Shown piece after piece: positions 18,346 to 33,230 of a stretch of DNA of 64,000 nucleotides (its first letter is position 1; every line of letters starts with the position of its first letter). Origin of the DNA: the human T2T-CHM13v2.0 reference genome, Homo sapiens; assembly GCF_009914755.1 (NCBI RefSeq), contig NC_060937.1; one strand, given 5' to 3'. The translations under genes and the position numbers were made by a program. The notes under the pieces were generated by a model. It made no database searches, was not told the origin of the DNA, and was given only the letters and a program-made list of their open reading frames with translations.

Positions 18346-20651
18346 GCCATATACTTACCCAACTGAATTGTTGAGTTTGATACACTGCGGCTTTATGTCA
18401 GTACTAGAAAATTGGTATTATATAAATTATTTTCCATTTTCACTACCCATGTCAGTATTCCTAAGTCTCCACATGTTTATACAAAGAACATATCATTACA
18501 TGGTTTATTTTGAGAGAAATGGAATTGAATTATTTCTTCATGTACAATAGCTAAAGCTTTTGAAATTGATGTATAATTGACATTATTATTTAAATTATTC
18601 CTAAGAACCACAGTAATAATACATTTAGAATTTCCATTTGACAAATGTTTCTTTTTCTTAAACATGCAAAATTTTTATTCTCACTTCCACTCACCCAAAA
18701 GTTATGGATACAATGGCTAATACTTAATTTCAGAAAATACTTCCCATTTTACGTGTTTATTCTCTAGCCTTAACCTTAACCTCAGAGTCATTATTGTGTT
18801 ATTTACAGATTGAGATTGTTCTGACCTATTTGTAGCCAAGGAGAAGTTGACCCCAAAGTTTCCATTTCTCTTTTATCATCTTCCTTTTCTGATTGCTGTA
18901 CTCCTCTCCCATCAGGACAGACAATAGCAGTCTGCATTGCATTCCTCAGAGTTCTAGGATTCAGAACTGACTGTAAGAGAGTTGACCGTGGCTTCTAAGT
19001 CCCACTATCCTTTTTCAAACAGAATAGCTTCATATTTATCCTTCAGATATAGTGGGGAGGGAGGACTGTGTAAGACTCCATTTTTACAGAAAGGTTTCCT
19101 GCACTAAACAGAATTTAAGAACCATTATTCTGCATTATTATTTGTTTATATTTTCCAATCTCAAATGGGCCCTCAAGGTAGCTTTCAGATATTTTTATCA
19201 TATCCCATTTCCTTCAATGCTTCTTCAAAACCTATGAGCCCTTCTCAAAACTATCCTGAAATCTGCTCCACTCTGAACACATAACTTTGCCCCTTACTTC
19301 ACTGAGAATAGTGAAGCTACATAGTATGAACTGGTTCAAACTTCTTCTTTGTCAAGGAAACAAGTTTTCTTCTATCTATACTTGATCCCTCTGCCCAGAG
19401 AAATATGTGTGATTCCTTATTTTTAAAACTTTTAACCCTAAATCTAATCTAATCAATCTAATCTAATCAATCTAATCCCAATACCTATTTGCCTCTTTTA
19501 TCTTCAATCTCTTTCTCCCTAGTGACTCCTTTTCTACAAACCTTTCAACCACTCACCCTCTCACCCAAACCTCCCCCAATTCTGCTTCCCATCAGGCTAC
19601 TAATTCATCCCTCACTGCTAATCACCAAACATCTGAGCAGTGTGGGGCACATTCGCCAACCCCCTTCCTCACTAGACACTCAATTCAGAAGGCTCCATAG
19701 ATTTGGTTACCTTCCACATGGGCCCTCTCCCACGGTAGCTCTTACAAATGACCATCAGGAACCTCATAATCTACAAGTCTCTTCTCGATGCGCATCTGCC
19801 AATCTCCTGAAGCAAGATACTTTGTGTTTTCCTACCTGAACTGCCCTCTTCCTAGACTATCTCATCTAATTCTTCTCTACCTCTCTCCACTGTACCTATA
19901 GATGTAGATATGCTTGTAGCAGCTGGTCGTTGTCCTTTCATGAGTTTCTCCTCCTCTACCCACTTAACAGACATTTTCACTATCACTCCATCTTTTCTCT
20001 CTTCTTGCTAAGTTAACTTCATTGATAAGCTTTCATACATGCCTTTACACACATGCACAAGAAAACCAATCTATAGCAGGCCATAACTAATTTTATTAAT
20101 TTCAGGGGAAAATGTGTATTCCTTGCTCTTCTCTATCAGACTTAAACTTTCATATATATGAACATTAAAATTTTCCTTGAAATGGAAAATTGGATAGTAC
20201 CAAGAAACACTAGATTACAAATGTATCTTTATCAAAATATACCTCATACTGCTTACTATAAGTTATAGTTACTAAAGGTCTCTAACAAATCTCAGAATAA
20301 AAAGTTGAAACACAATCCAGACATTATTGAAAAAAAGGAGAAATAATATCAGAAATAAGGCTGACACTTAAAAGATAACTAAAGAATGCACCTATGTTTA
20401 GTACTGCTAGATGCTTTAACAAATATATCTGCCAGCCTACACACATAAAGTAATATTCATTTATTCTTCAAAACAACCATTTGAGGTTGGTGTCTTCAAT
20501 CTCATTTTCAAGGACTAAAAATAAAGTAACCAAAAATATTAACAATAGTTACCTCTGGGGGAGAAATTATGGATGGCTTGCATTTTGTTTTGTGTATTTT
20601 CTACAATGATGATATATTACTTTTGAAAAGTTGTGTTATGATGAAAATATA

Positions 20652-20965
<314 letters not shown>

Positions 20966-22149
20966 TCAACTGAATCCTTTTGGAAGCAAGAATTATAACT
21001 GGGTGGCATTTCCTAGTAAATGAAGGAATGAAAGAACTTTGCAAAATGGAAAGTAACTTAGATGTTATCAAATCTAGTCCTCTAATTTTTTAGATTAAAA
21101 GCAATCCGTTTATGTAACATTAAATAAACTCTCAGATGGACAATACATAAATTCTTCAAATATAAAATCATACTTTTCATATATTTTAATGTAGTAACAT
21201 ACCTCCTTTATGAGGTAAATATCCCAGCTGCCTCTATTTTTCATTTATGGTGATATTTATGGCATCCAGCATTGTAACACATAGGTAAATGCTTAATAAA
21301 CACTATTTGACAATGATCACAAACTGAACACTTAAATTATTCACAGATTTACCCAGATGTTTCCAAGACTTTAAGTTCTGTAAATAAAAGTTACTAAATG
21401 AGTGCCAATTTACTACAAGAATATAAAATGAATTTTTGTGCTATTCCAAGTCACATTTAAAAGCTTTGCAAACAGCATGCTATTAGCTCTGCTGATTTGT
21501 TTTTATTTTTCCTAATTGAAATGTGGTCCATGTTATCAGGCCATCTGCACTGTGGCAAAATGACCTGGTAAACAAGACAAAAATGGTGTTCTCTGTTAGG
21601 AACAATATCAGATTCTGTTTCTGCTAAGAAAACATTATTCTAAAGGGATATTTTCTGGTACTAATGCTGAAAACTTTGATAAAGGAGGCCACAGTAGGAG
21701 ATGCTTGTTGCAGTGCTTAGGTTGCCTGCTAAGATGCTGACGACAATCCAGGGTCTCTCCCATTAACTCCAATAAGTCAGAGTACTGCATTTTCAACACT
21801 GTCCTGGCAATAATTCAGCACTTTAGCACATACTTAGGGCCCATATATCACATTGTACTCCTCTTACCTGCTTATACATTTTGTCTCTACTAAACTGTGA
21901 GCTCTCTGAAGTGCTATAGACCTTATCTTATTCACATTAACTACCCCAAGTTTCTTGCATTTAACAGAAGAAAGACTGGATTATTTTAGGCTAAAATCAA
22001 GGAGCAGTCATTTATGCAATGGTTTACATCTCACCACTCCAGAAGATTGACGTGATCCGAGGGATGGCTGCCCTTCCTATTCCTCTAGCTCTTTATACCA
22101 CATTATCCTTTGTGTGTGTGTGTCAAAAAATACTATCCTGAGATATGCA

Positions 22150-23130
22150 AAAATACCACAATAAAAAGTCACCCATAATCTCACTACTCTTTTTTAAGTA
22201 CACAAGGAAATGAAAGTTCTTGCCCCAGTTTCTCCAGCCCTAGTGCAAGATAATCACTGCAAATGCTTTTACAAGTTTGGTTAGAATCCATCAAGGGTTT
22301 TCCTTTACATGGGCAGATATGCACAGACACCCACTCATTCACAGTATAAACTCACAATGTCTTTAAACAAAAATTGGTTCATACTATACATATGCTTTTT
22401 TTTTTAAATATTGGGTAACTTTCTAAGTCAGATCTAAGTCATTGGTTTTAACAGCTGTATTATCCATCAACTGCATGACTGTACTATAAATTACTTAATC
22501 ATGTCTCTATTGATAAATATTTTGGTTTTAAATTTCCTGACATTTCACACAGTGCTGCAAGAACATGCTGGTACACAGATCTTTATATGTTCAAGCTATT
22601 CTTATAAAATAGGTTCAAAATAGTGGAACCATTACATCAGTAGGGTATACAAGTTTTTATTTTGATAGATACTGACAAATTATACTAGCAATAGTTTGCA
22701 TTGATATATATTTCTATACTCTCACCAAACATTTACTGTCAAAAATCTTTAGTTTTTCTATTATGACAGACAAAAAATGCTCTCCATACCTATTTTAATT
22801 TACATATTGAAATTGAACGTCTTTTCATGTGGATGTATGACATTCATTATTTTTCTTGGGCAAATTGCCTATTGACATGAAATAAACTTCTTCCTATTGG
22901 GTTGTTCATCTTTTTCTTAATGATTTGTAGGTGTTCTTTACACATTATTGATACATAGCAAACGTTTTCTTCCAGCTTTTTATTTCTTCTAACTTTGCTT
23001 GCTCCCTCTCTCTCTCTCCTTCGCTACCCATACAAAAGTTTTTAGTTGTATTAGCAAATGTAGCCATCTTTTTTCCCTTATGACTTCTGGATTTTAACCT
23101 GCTCAATAGCACTCTCTCACTTGAAGATTA
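22150..23130 (-). mobile_element. L1ME-like fragment
   Basis: Degenerate antisense L1 3' motifs (gtggaaccattacatcagtagggtata, ttcctattgggttgttcatc). Confidence 0.55.
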
Positions 23131-26100
23131 ATTTTGGTAATATCATCTCAGGATGATAGTGTAATTTTCAGATAACTTATCTAGCCTCATAAAGTAAGTT
23201 TTTCTTTCTCAAGAGACAGAAAATATTAAAACCTCAGTCTTAATTATGTTAAAGTTTCTCCCCTTTCTCAGTGTGAACCTCACTCAAAGAAATCTATAGT
23301 GATGAACGGGGCTGCAGATCTTCACCATTTTCCCACCTTGTACTTCCATTCCACCATGCCAACTTTTCAGGTTTCCTCCATTACCTTCAGGGCTGGAGAC
23401 AGTGGGGAGGAAAGAGAAACAGATGCAGAAAACTGCTATAATCAAGCATCACTGTTATACTCTGGTGCCACGGTCCTCCAGATGTAGCTGATATCCAAGT
23501 GTTGACCGTATCTTCCATGGAATGCATATGTGCATTACTCAGACAGTAAAGAAATACTACTAAAGAAATAGCAGTCCACCCTGCATAAACTGTCCCTATT
23601 GGGGGTCACTGCACATGCAGGGGGTCCCCTTGGGACAAAATTCCTCCTAAGACAAGTCACAGTCAATGCCTTCTGAAAGATCCACATCTGACCAATGTTT
23701 TGGCACAAGTCCAGCTTGTTCCAACCATAAGTCTAATCCTTTTTCTTTGCTCTGCCACCAAAGCAGCTCGAATAGCCTCTTGCCTTTAGAACCTAGCAGA
23801 GTGAACACAGTAAGTTTCCAATCTGGGTCTCCAAACTGGAAGGGATACACATCAACCTCTGAGTGCTTCTCTCAAATGCCCACTCATTTGGCTCCAGTCC
23901 CTCACAAGGGGTCAGAAATAATATCACAGCATTCCGACACCTCTCTCTCCGAAGAAACCCCCTCTGTCGATCTTCCATTTCTTAAATTACTGTGAACCTT
24001 ATCTTGTATAGTTTCAAAGTAGATGACAGGCTAATGGTAGCACAATAGGCTCTGCAGTCTCTTTTCATGGCTGTGTTGTTTCAGCACCTGATATCCTCAG
24101 CCCCTGGGCTTCTGTCAAAACGTTGACATAACAGGAAAGTCATATTTAATTTTTCTGTTATAGAAATCTTAGTTTTACTGTTATTAAATTCCTATATAGG
24201 CTGTTCAAAAATCAAAACAACCTTAATATTAGAGATAAATGCCTCATCTTTGGTAGGATTTTTATTTCTTTCCTCATAATGTCTTATACTTTCTAAATTT
24301 TCTGCAACAATGAATCACTTCTGAAAGAAGAAAAAAAGACTGTTAAAACTGTTGTATTTTAAATACCTTTATTTGGCACATTACCCACTGGTCACAATCT
24401 TAACTTGGATTTTGCCACTAATCTTAAATAAGCATTATACAAAAGTAATTATTTAAAGACATTTTATTCACTCATTTATCTTGTTACTTATTTATTGGGC
24501 ATTAAAATGATATCTGAATTCTGATCATATATCAGAAGTATTACTTCTATAGCACTGTTAATGTGAGAAGTATATATAAATCATACACCTTTTTCACATA
24601 AGTAGACAAAACAAAGCAATAAAATAGTAACAAATTATTTCACACTAAAGACTGCTTCATTAAGAGATACTCTATTCTTTTAAGTTGTATCTTTGATTTT
24701 AATAATTTTAAATTTGAGTATATGAATAAATGAATGATACTTGGAATGTTACTTGATTACTAAACAAGTTATCTTAGAATTTCTAATCATTTTATTTTGA
24801 TTACTGAAACAACCTTTGTGTCCTAAAAAAAAAATCCTCAAAAATGACAGGGGGAAATGCGTAAAGATCACGAGCTATAAAATCTAAATAGTGCAAAAAT
24901 AAAATGAGAACACTAGTTCTCATCTAACTTCTCTAAAACATAACCAGACAAGAAGTATACTTTAGGAGAGATACATTTTGCCAACTATAAGATATTCCCA
25001 AATCTTAAATTATAATTAACTTCAGATTAAATTAAGGAAAATCAAAATATGAGATAATATGAGCCTCCCAGTAAAATGACCCAGGAGATTACACGCACAC
25101 ACAGTTGCACCAATATCAGAATAAAATTAATTTATGACCTCAAAATAAAACAAATTTATTTTAGTTGCCATAAGAAAGTATGACTTTATCAATTTCAGAG
25201 TACTCTAAGAGAAGTGAATATGTGTTACAGGAGGAGGCAGTCTGCATGGTACCTGCAAACATGTCCAGAGACCTAAAGTGCTGCAAAATACCACTGCAAC
25301 TCCCCAGGAAAGGGAGTATTCAGACACATAAACACAATTATCTAGTTTTTGCTGCAGCAAGATTTCTCTGCCTTCGTGGAGCTTCTAGTTTATCACATTA
25401 AAGAAAGCACATGATGCTGGGTGCACGCACAGTGGCAGGATCTTAGTCTAAATATACGCCCCATTATCTCCACAGTGGATCATCCAACAAACCAAGTAAG
25501 CAACTCTCTATCATTTGGCTTCCTGTGTAGACTAGCCTATAAGGAGAGAAGAGACTACAAGAGTCTTCTTAAGAATAATATTTCTGATTGTAAATTACTA
25601 AAGTGACATTTGGATTTTTAAACATCAGTCTCCATTAAAACAGATTGTATACCTGCTCATGAAATGAAAACTGAGTCTTTGTATGTTGACCAATCAAGTT
25701 TGTGAGCCTCCAAGATCCCCATCAATGTGAATAATGAAGAATTCACAAAAGTAATACTCTTTTAAGGATTTATTTTGCCTGAATGACACATTACCTCAGT
25801 ACATGTCTTTTCCTCCAAGTGCAACACAAAAAGGGAGAACCAAAGCATATTATATCTCACTCAGTGCCCTCAACTACTAACTCAATAGGCAAAAAGGGTG
25901 GCAATGCTGAAGTCAAAACAGCAAATTCAAACTGAATAGTTAAATGTGACTAAAGAGAGAACAGGAGCTGGTTTGTGGTATAAGAAGGGCGGAACTAGTA
26001 CAGGCAAGGCAAGAACAAAAAAAGACTTGAAGTGGGCAAGGTGGAGGTCAGAATGAACTTTGGAGAAGTATAATGGTTACTGCATGTTTGCACATGATCC

Positions 26101-26549
26101 CAGAACATCCCTGAGGGAATATGGTTAAGTTCAGTTATACAGGAAAGAATAGAATGGGTCATTCAAAGTTAAAATTCAGGAGTAGAAATGGAGATAATTT
26201 TTAGAAGAAAACTAATAAAAGGAATTATGTCATGAATCTAACATACCTAAAATATGATAAAAATTAAAGAGAGACCAAACTGATTTAAGAGGCAAAATTT
26301 TCAGATGAAATATTAATACATTATTTTATTTATATTTTCAATTCATATATATTTGAAATAAAATCTATATTACATATAAAATAACAAATATGAGGTATAG
26401 ACAAATACATATATATTAGCTTAGTAACATATAATCAACTTTTTAAAAATCAATGGGGTGAGAGACCTAAAATTTTTGGATACTACTAGACCTAAAATAC
26501 AGGTGTTAAACTGGGAGGTTCTACTAACCTTCTAGATATAGAAAGAACT

Positions 26550-26740
26550 TACATGAATGAAGCCAGGATTAGAAAAGCAGGGCTAAGAGATACAGAAAGA
26601 ACCGATCCTTAGGTCATTTGAGAACCCAGATCTATGCGTGCTGGAAGCCAATACCAGGCTTCTCAGATGCACGAGCCAATATGCTCTGTTTTTGATTCAG
26701 TTTGAATTCAGTAGGTCATTTCTGACAGAAAAAAGGGCAG
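26550..26740 (+). mobile_element. MLT1K/L-like LTR fragment
   Basis: gaatgaagcc...gctaagaga...gaacccagatc...ctggaagcca...acgagccaata. Confidence 0.45.
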
Positions 26741-29129
26741 AAAAGTTAACTGAGGGAAAAATAAAACAAGTTATAGAAAAATATATTTCTATGACCCCAT
26801 TGGGGAAAGGGCAGAAAACAAAGTTCACCAGAAAAAATAAAGCATGATTTATTTAAGATTCCAGAGATAGATGTTCAATATTAGGCTTTCCATTATTTTA
26901 TAATACATAGTAAGCAATAGATGCTCAAAGCATACTGAAGGCTACACATCTACTTCCATAAATTGAATTCTGTGAATACCAAGAGTTGACTTTTTGTACC
27001 CCTGTTTATGAACTGTTCTGTGTTCATTAATGTAATCATATATGAGAATTAAAAGAAAGAATATTATTAGGGCTTAAGAAAGACAAGGTTAGGGTAAGTT
27101 GCTTAAAAAAACTTATCTTAAAAATTAGGTATAGGTTTAAGATAACAAAAAAATCACATTATAAATACCATATACATCTCCTATAAGTCTAAACTTAGAT
27201 TGCTTTACGAGTATAAATTATTGGTCTACTCAAAACATACACAAAAATGGTTATCACAGATGATGTCTTATGGGCATGTCTTATGTGGGAAAAAAAAAGT
27301 AAGAGCCACTCCTACTCAAAGAAAAGGGTTTGGCTCAATATCTAAAGACAGGTTGTGAATACATACTTGTATATTTCATGTGCGGGAAAAATATTATATG
27401 TGTTATTTTTTCTTATACCCAGTTTTATTAACTTTTTATTCAACTTTTTATTACAAATATGAATCAGATTTAAGAAGCCTTCAACTGTAACATTTATTTT
27501 CTCAGGCTCATTTTACACTTTACTTGAACTTGGATTAGAAGACTTGAACTGTTAAGACTTTAAACCTAGCCCCTATTCCAAACTTTCCCACACAAAAACC
27601 CCTAAATTTTATAATTTAGTTAACCGAGTCCTAGAGAAAAATAATGAATTTTCTGAAACCACAAAGTTAGAAGCAACAAAGCTAGATTCTTAACTCCAGG
27701 AAACAAAGTATAGTTTTAAGGGCTAAATAAGTTATTATAAAATATTGAAGAACACAGCTTTAATTTTTACCATCTAGAAAAAATATATTGTATTTTGTTC
27801 CTATTTAAAAATCATTAATGTTGTTACCCTTCAAACAATATTTCAGTGATTTTCTTAGTATTTAAAAACAGTAGCAAAATACAATTACTCACCATTTTTC
27901 TACTTTATTTTACTACTCTATATATAATAAAGCCCTAATGTCCGTAACATTCTACAATGTGTTATAGAAATTGATGAGTTTAATTACTTAATGTGCACAG
28001 ATCAATTAGAAATAAATTGAAAATGAACATACTGTACACTCTACTTAATCTCGTTATAGTTTGGTTTCAGAATTCACTTTCTAATTTGAAACCCAGTATG
28101 TTACATTTTAAAATAATAATTAGAAAACTTTTACATTTCAGCTAAAATAAAGCAAAAGAAATTAAGGTAGGTAAAGTTTGATTAGTCAAGAAATCTGAAC
28201 TCAAGGGTAAAAAAGATCCTATGCTCCTATAATCTAAGCCAATACGTTTGACTTGTCATACTCATTTTTTTTCTTAAAAATGGAATGAAATAACATTACA
28301 TTTTCTGTCTATAGGATAATTTTTAAATGAATTATAGGCACAAAAGGTAGACAAACTAATCAGCAGACAAATGAATTAACAAAGGAAATAATCATTCAGT
28401 GTCAACTCTATATACTTAAGACAAATAATACACATTTATCCAAAGTAATACAAGTATCTGCACAAGGGGTCACACATCACTTTTCACATTACTGAGCCAT
28501 TTTAAAACAGAAGGTGATAAAAACTCTTAGATGCCTATGAACTCAATTTACATGGAGTACATCACTATGCTTTTTTAAAATGCGCTCATATTCAAATCTG
28601 AGAAACATGATTCTGAGCTCATCAGGCCTGCTTAATTGCACTAACATCTGCAATCAATTTAAATTCTTTAAGATAGTCTTTCACAGTGCTTGAAGTGATT
28701 TCCTGCTGTGATAGATTTAACACACTCACTAATTTATAGACATATACAAGCAGATGAGACCTATTTTTCCAGGGGTGGGGTATAGTACTGAAGGGCAGTC
28801 TGAATTTCCCAACTATCAATGGGATTCAGAAAGGGATGCATCCTGCATAACTTTGAAACTACATAAGGAAATGATAACACTGCATAAGCATAGCATAGAA
28901 ATTAAACTTAAAACTATTTGTAGGTCATGGACCATTAAGAGGTTTAATGAAAGTTTATGGATGAAATAACAGCAAAACCAAGAGCTAACAGCTAAAAGTT
29001 ACATAGAAAAATGTCATTATTTTCTACCCTAATAGTTAGGGCAGCGGGGGTGCTAATAACCCTGAATTGTTTTTTAACCAAAGACATAAATTGGCATAGA
29101 ATAAAGAAAAGAATATGAGATTCAAAATC

Positions 29130-30560
29130 AGAGACTAGAGGAGCTAGGCAGATGGCAGCAGCAATACAGTTTTGAAAACTCCCTGATCTCCCACAAAAAA
29201 AGACAAAATAACTAAGTAGCAAAATCAAACACCCAACAATATTGAGTGACAAAGTACCTTCTCAACAATCCTCAAACTACAGGAGGTTGAAGACAAACCA
29301 CCAACAGCCACAAATCCGCACAGTAGCAATACGTGTATGGGAAGAACCAAAGGAAGGCAACAGAGTAGCTAATGAACATGAAAACAAGATAACTCCAAAA
29401 TGGCCCAGAGATATCCATTGGACATCTCAGTAGACCAATTTGAAAGCAGCAGTTGGAACTGGAAGGAGTATGAGTGACTACAAGAGGCCCAGAAAAGATC
29501 TGAAGGGGCTGGAGCACTCAATGTCCCATGAGTTGCCAGAGCTCCTTCCAGAACAGGATCCTACATTGAAGAGAAAGTGCTGAAAGTGAAATCAAAATTG
29601 AGCAGAAAATTCCTGTAAAAGATGAAAGACACCTCAAAGACAAACCTATAAATCAAATTGTAACTTACAATTTCAAAGTGAGCTAACAGACATTAAGAGA
29701 ATATATAAGACATGAAAAAAATATTTAAAGTGGACTAAGACACACTCAAAAATGCAGTGAGGGAATTCAAGAAAAAAATAGAAATAAAAAAATCATTTCA
29801 GAAATAAAAACTAACAAGGAACACAAGAATAAACATAATGTCATAAGAGAATGCAGACATGAAAAAAATAAAATGTTTAAAACCTAAATAGAAATAAAGA
29901 ATAAGATAAAAAGCATTTGGGAGAAGACGGCATATTAAAGATAGACAAAAATCCAACATACAGATAACAGAATCCATGAAAAAGAAAACCAAAGCAAAAA
30001 ATTAGAACACATCAGTGAAAAAAAAAGAAATTTAAGAAAAAAAGAAAAAGAGCATACTGCATACTTGATAATCCTAACTCAGATATCCCAGAGAAAGAAA
30101 GACATTAATTTATAACTAAAAGTTAGTTATCAGCTGACCTTTTGACAACAATGCCATTAAGCTTTTTGCTAGAAAAAAAAATAGTATTATTCAAGATCCT
30201 ATAGTATTATTCAAGATCCTAAGCAAAAAAACGTGTGAGCCAAGCATTTTATATCCAACAAAGCTGACTAAACAATAAAGGGCATATACTATTACCAACA
30301 TGCAAAACTCAGGAAATACTGTTTCCATGAGTCCTTCAGAGGAATCTACTAAAGAAGAAACTTCAGACAAACAAAAAGTCTGCAGAAATAACATAAGGAC
30401 CATGGTGAGCATTCAAATATAGTTACTAAATGAGGTTAAAACTAAATGAGAACTAAAAGGAAGAGTGTGAAATGTAATGGCTATATGCTTAGTCAATGTC
30501 GACATAGTAGGACAAAAATAGCAGTTGGAGACAGAACATATGCAAAATAAAAACTTTTTA
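29130..30560 (+). mobile_element. HAL1 (half-L1) or L1M 5' end and ORF1 remnant
   Basis: Starts ...agatggcagcag, then gacaaaccaccaacagcc, an A-rich ORF1-like tract, gcattttatatccaacaaagctgac and gaaatactgtttccatgagtcc. Confidence 0.65.
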
Positions 30561-31381
30561 CATACACATCCACACACGCTTTTTTAGTTTTCTATTTCTC
30601 CACTAAAAACAGTAATTAAACAAAAAGAACAGTAAGTATCCTTGGCCCTCAGCTTGTAAACTTTGAAATATCGTTCCCCACCCTAAAGGAAAGAGTCAAC
30701 TGATACCAGGTCTAGCGGGCTAAATATTCTAGAGGAGGAGCTTGATCATCAGATCAAAATGACTAGGAGCCAACTAGACAAGTCCCAATGGCCAAAGATG
30801 GGACAATTTGATCTTCACTAAAAATAATTGTAACACATCAATTTTTAATGATATTAAAAATGATTGATCATCTTCAGAGAATGATAGAGAATGAAATCAA
30901 TATATTGAAAGCTGGCAAATAAAGGAAAAGAATCAAGCATTTATCCTAAATTTCCTATATCACTGGCTAACCAAACAGTATTTGAGAGATGTCTCTTTGT
31001 AAAAGTATCCCAATAAATGAAAATGAAATTATAGAATTCTAACTGCAAACTAGATATTAATGAAAGAATATAATACTTCTTATGATCTTGGTAAAGAGAT
31101 GAAACCTGAGTCTGATCATGCCTCTAGATCTAGCTGTCTCTGTGCAGGAAATACAGAGGATAGGAAAACACGTTAACTTTACCACAAATACACACATCAG
31201 CAAAATTCAGAATGTCCTGGATAAAATAACTGAAGATTAAACAAGACATAGAGATAATCCAAATTTTAAAATATAAGCAACAGTAGTGCATTTGTGGCCC
31301 CCATGGATCTATCACTTGCTTCAACAGTGATTGGACAGAATAGACCAAGGGACTCCCTCTCAAAAAAAAATTTTAAATAAA

Positions 31382-31522
31382 GACCAAGCACGGTGGTGCA
31401 TGCCTATAATCCCAGCACTCTGGAAAGCTGAGGTTGGAGGATCACTTGAGCCCAGGAGTTCAGTATTACAGTAAGCTATCATCACTACTGCACTCCAGCC
31501 TGGGTGACAGAGCAAGACCCTA
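31382..31522 (+). mobile_element. Alu monomer (FRAM-like)
   Basis: Single arm gaccaagcacggtgg...ctgcactccagcctgggtgacagagcaagaccc. The tail is replaced by (GATG)n. Confidence 0.85.
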
Positions 31523-31624
31523 TGGATGGACAGATGGATGGATGGATGGATGGATGGATGGATGGATGGATGGATGAATAAACTATAGTCTGAGGATGCA
31601 CTTTTGAGTGATAGATAGATAGAC

Positions 31625-31675
<51 letters not shown>

Positions 31676-31715
31676 AAGAATAAACTATAGTCCGCAGAGG
31701 CACTTTTGAGTGATA
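31521..31715. repeat. Compound STR: GATG-GACA-(GATG)11, 38-bp unit, (GATA)3-GACA-(GATA)12, 38-bp unit
   Basis: Read directly. The units at 31576-31613 and 31678-31715 are 34/38 identical. Confidence 0.95.
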
Positions 31716-33053
31716 AAACTAGAAAGAAACTCGAGGAAATGATTCCCATAAAAGTCAAGATGGTGATTACTTTTAGGCTAAAATATACACAAAACTGAAG
31801 AAAGGTTTAGCATGGGACGGGGCAGATGGAGGGCTTTCCAGGATGACTGGCAAGGTTCTATTTACTTATCTGTGTGGTATTCTCCTTATGATAATTCATT
31901 AAGCTACACATCTTTTTTTGATGTTTTCTGTAACTATTTTTATTCGACAAACGGTTTTTTTCTTTTCTAAAACCCTAGTTTCTAGTCCTAGCTATGGCAT
32001 TAATGTGGGAAAGTCACACATTCCCTTGGACCATTCCCTCATGTGCAAAATTTAAAGATGCTGTAAGATATCTTCCAGACCTAAATAAAAATAAAAAAAA
32101 GAACTACTACTAAATATATCTACTAAATACGAGAGTATAACAAAGTCATCCTTAACAAAAATGCAGAAAAAAGGTTTTAAACTCACCAAAGTAGCACAAA
32201 GCAGTTTCCCAAGGAAAAAAAAAATCCACAAATAAAATCTACCATAACAGTAATATACAAGGAATAGTCAAAACCTAAGATTAAAGTTACTGTTGGACTA
32301 TTTGGTTTCCACATCTCAACAAATCCTAAGGACAGATCCTTAATTTACTTAATCTACTCTGGAAGGCCTTCTGGTAATAAAAGCATTTGAAAAATTTTTG
32401 CAGCATATTGATAGTAAGAGGCTATACCAACCATATTTATTGTCTTGAGGGTTGTGGGGGAAACCACTACACTGAGCCGGTTAGGAAATGGTAATAAGTC
32501 AGGAAACCATTAAATTGGGAACAAATGCCTTTTGGGCATCAAGGTGATTGATTAGCCTATTAAGGATTTTTTTTTAAGTATGTATAGAATTTATGCCCTT
32601 TAGGAATAACTAAGAAATCAAAGGATATCTCTTAAGTACAAAAGAGCTTAGGAGTTTAAGTTTAATGCCACCAACTAGGAAGGTGAGTAAATTCACGGAA
32701 GCTTTAAAACCAGGCATACTCTTCTCCTTACTAATATCTGTTCTATTGGGCATCTTTTTCCAAAAGAAAGCAGGTTCTTCTCTGTTACAATAGTTAACCT
32801 TCTCCTTTGATTATTTCTACTAGTGACCAAATGTCATAGAGAATTTCTTAGCAGCTACTAGTATGTATGGTACTTGAACACTCATTTTGATGTTATGCAT
32901 ATGGCAAACTATCCTTGAAGCCACCATGACTAGATAATAGTTTTAATAGTAAATGGTCCATGCTTAGCCTTTAAATTCTGTCAATTCCTGGTCTCTTGTT
33001 AAATTAATGTTATACTAAGAGACATCTGGTGATAAGGCTCATCTTCTGCAGCC

Positions 33054-33230
33054 CAGTAATTCTCATTCTCGGCTGTATCCTAGAATCACCAGGAGGGCTT
33101 TACTCAATATTGATACCTGGGTCCCATCCACAGGAACTGTTTTATGGAAGTGTTAAGTGGTAAGGCCTGGACATTAAAATACTTAAAGTTCCCAGATCAT
33201 TCTACTGGATATCAAGATCAAGAGTTATTG
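33054..33230. mobile_element. MER5-like hAT MITE
   Basis: cagtaattctc...tagaatcaccaggagggcttt...gatacctgggtccc...ttcccagatcattct. Confidence 0.65.

Larger units (their letters stand above)
30600..31950 (+). mobile_element. L1MC-like 3' region, interrupted by an Alu monomer and STRs
   Basis: caatggccaaagatgggacaatttga and gtgataaaacta...aaagtcaagatggtgattac. Confidence 0.55.

Noticed and set aside
31300-31372. Short segment ending gactccctctc-poly(A), possibly a small-RNA retrocopy
   Set aside because: I could not match it to U6, U7, Y RNA, 7SK or a tRNA by eye. It is more likely an Alu 3' remnant.
31360-31758. 132-aa ORF with IYLS and IHPS repeats
   Set aside because: It is a translation of the GATA/GATG microsatellites and the Alu monomer.
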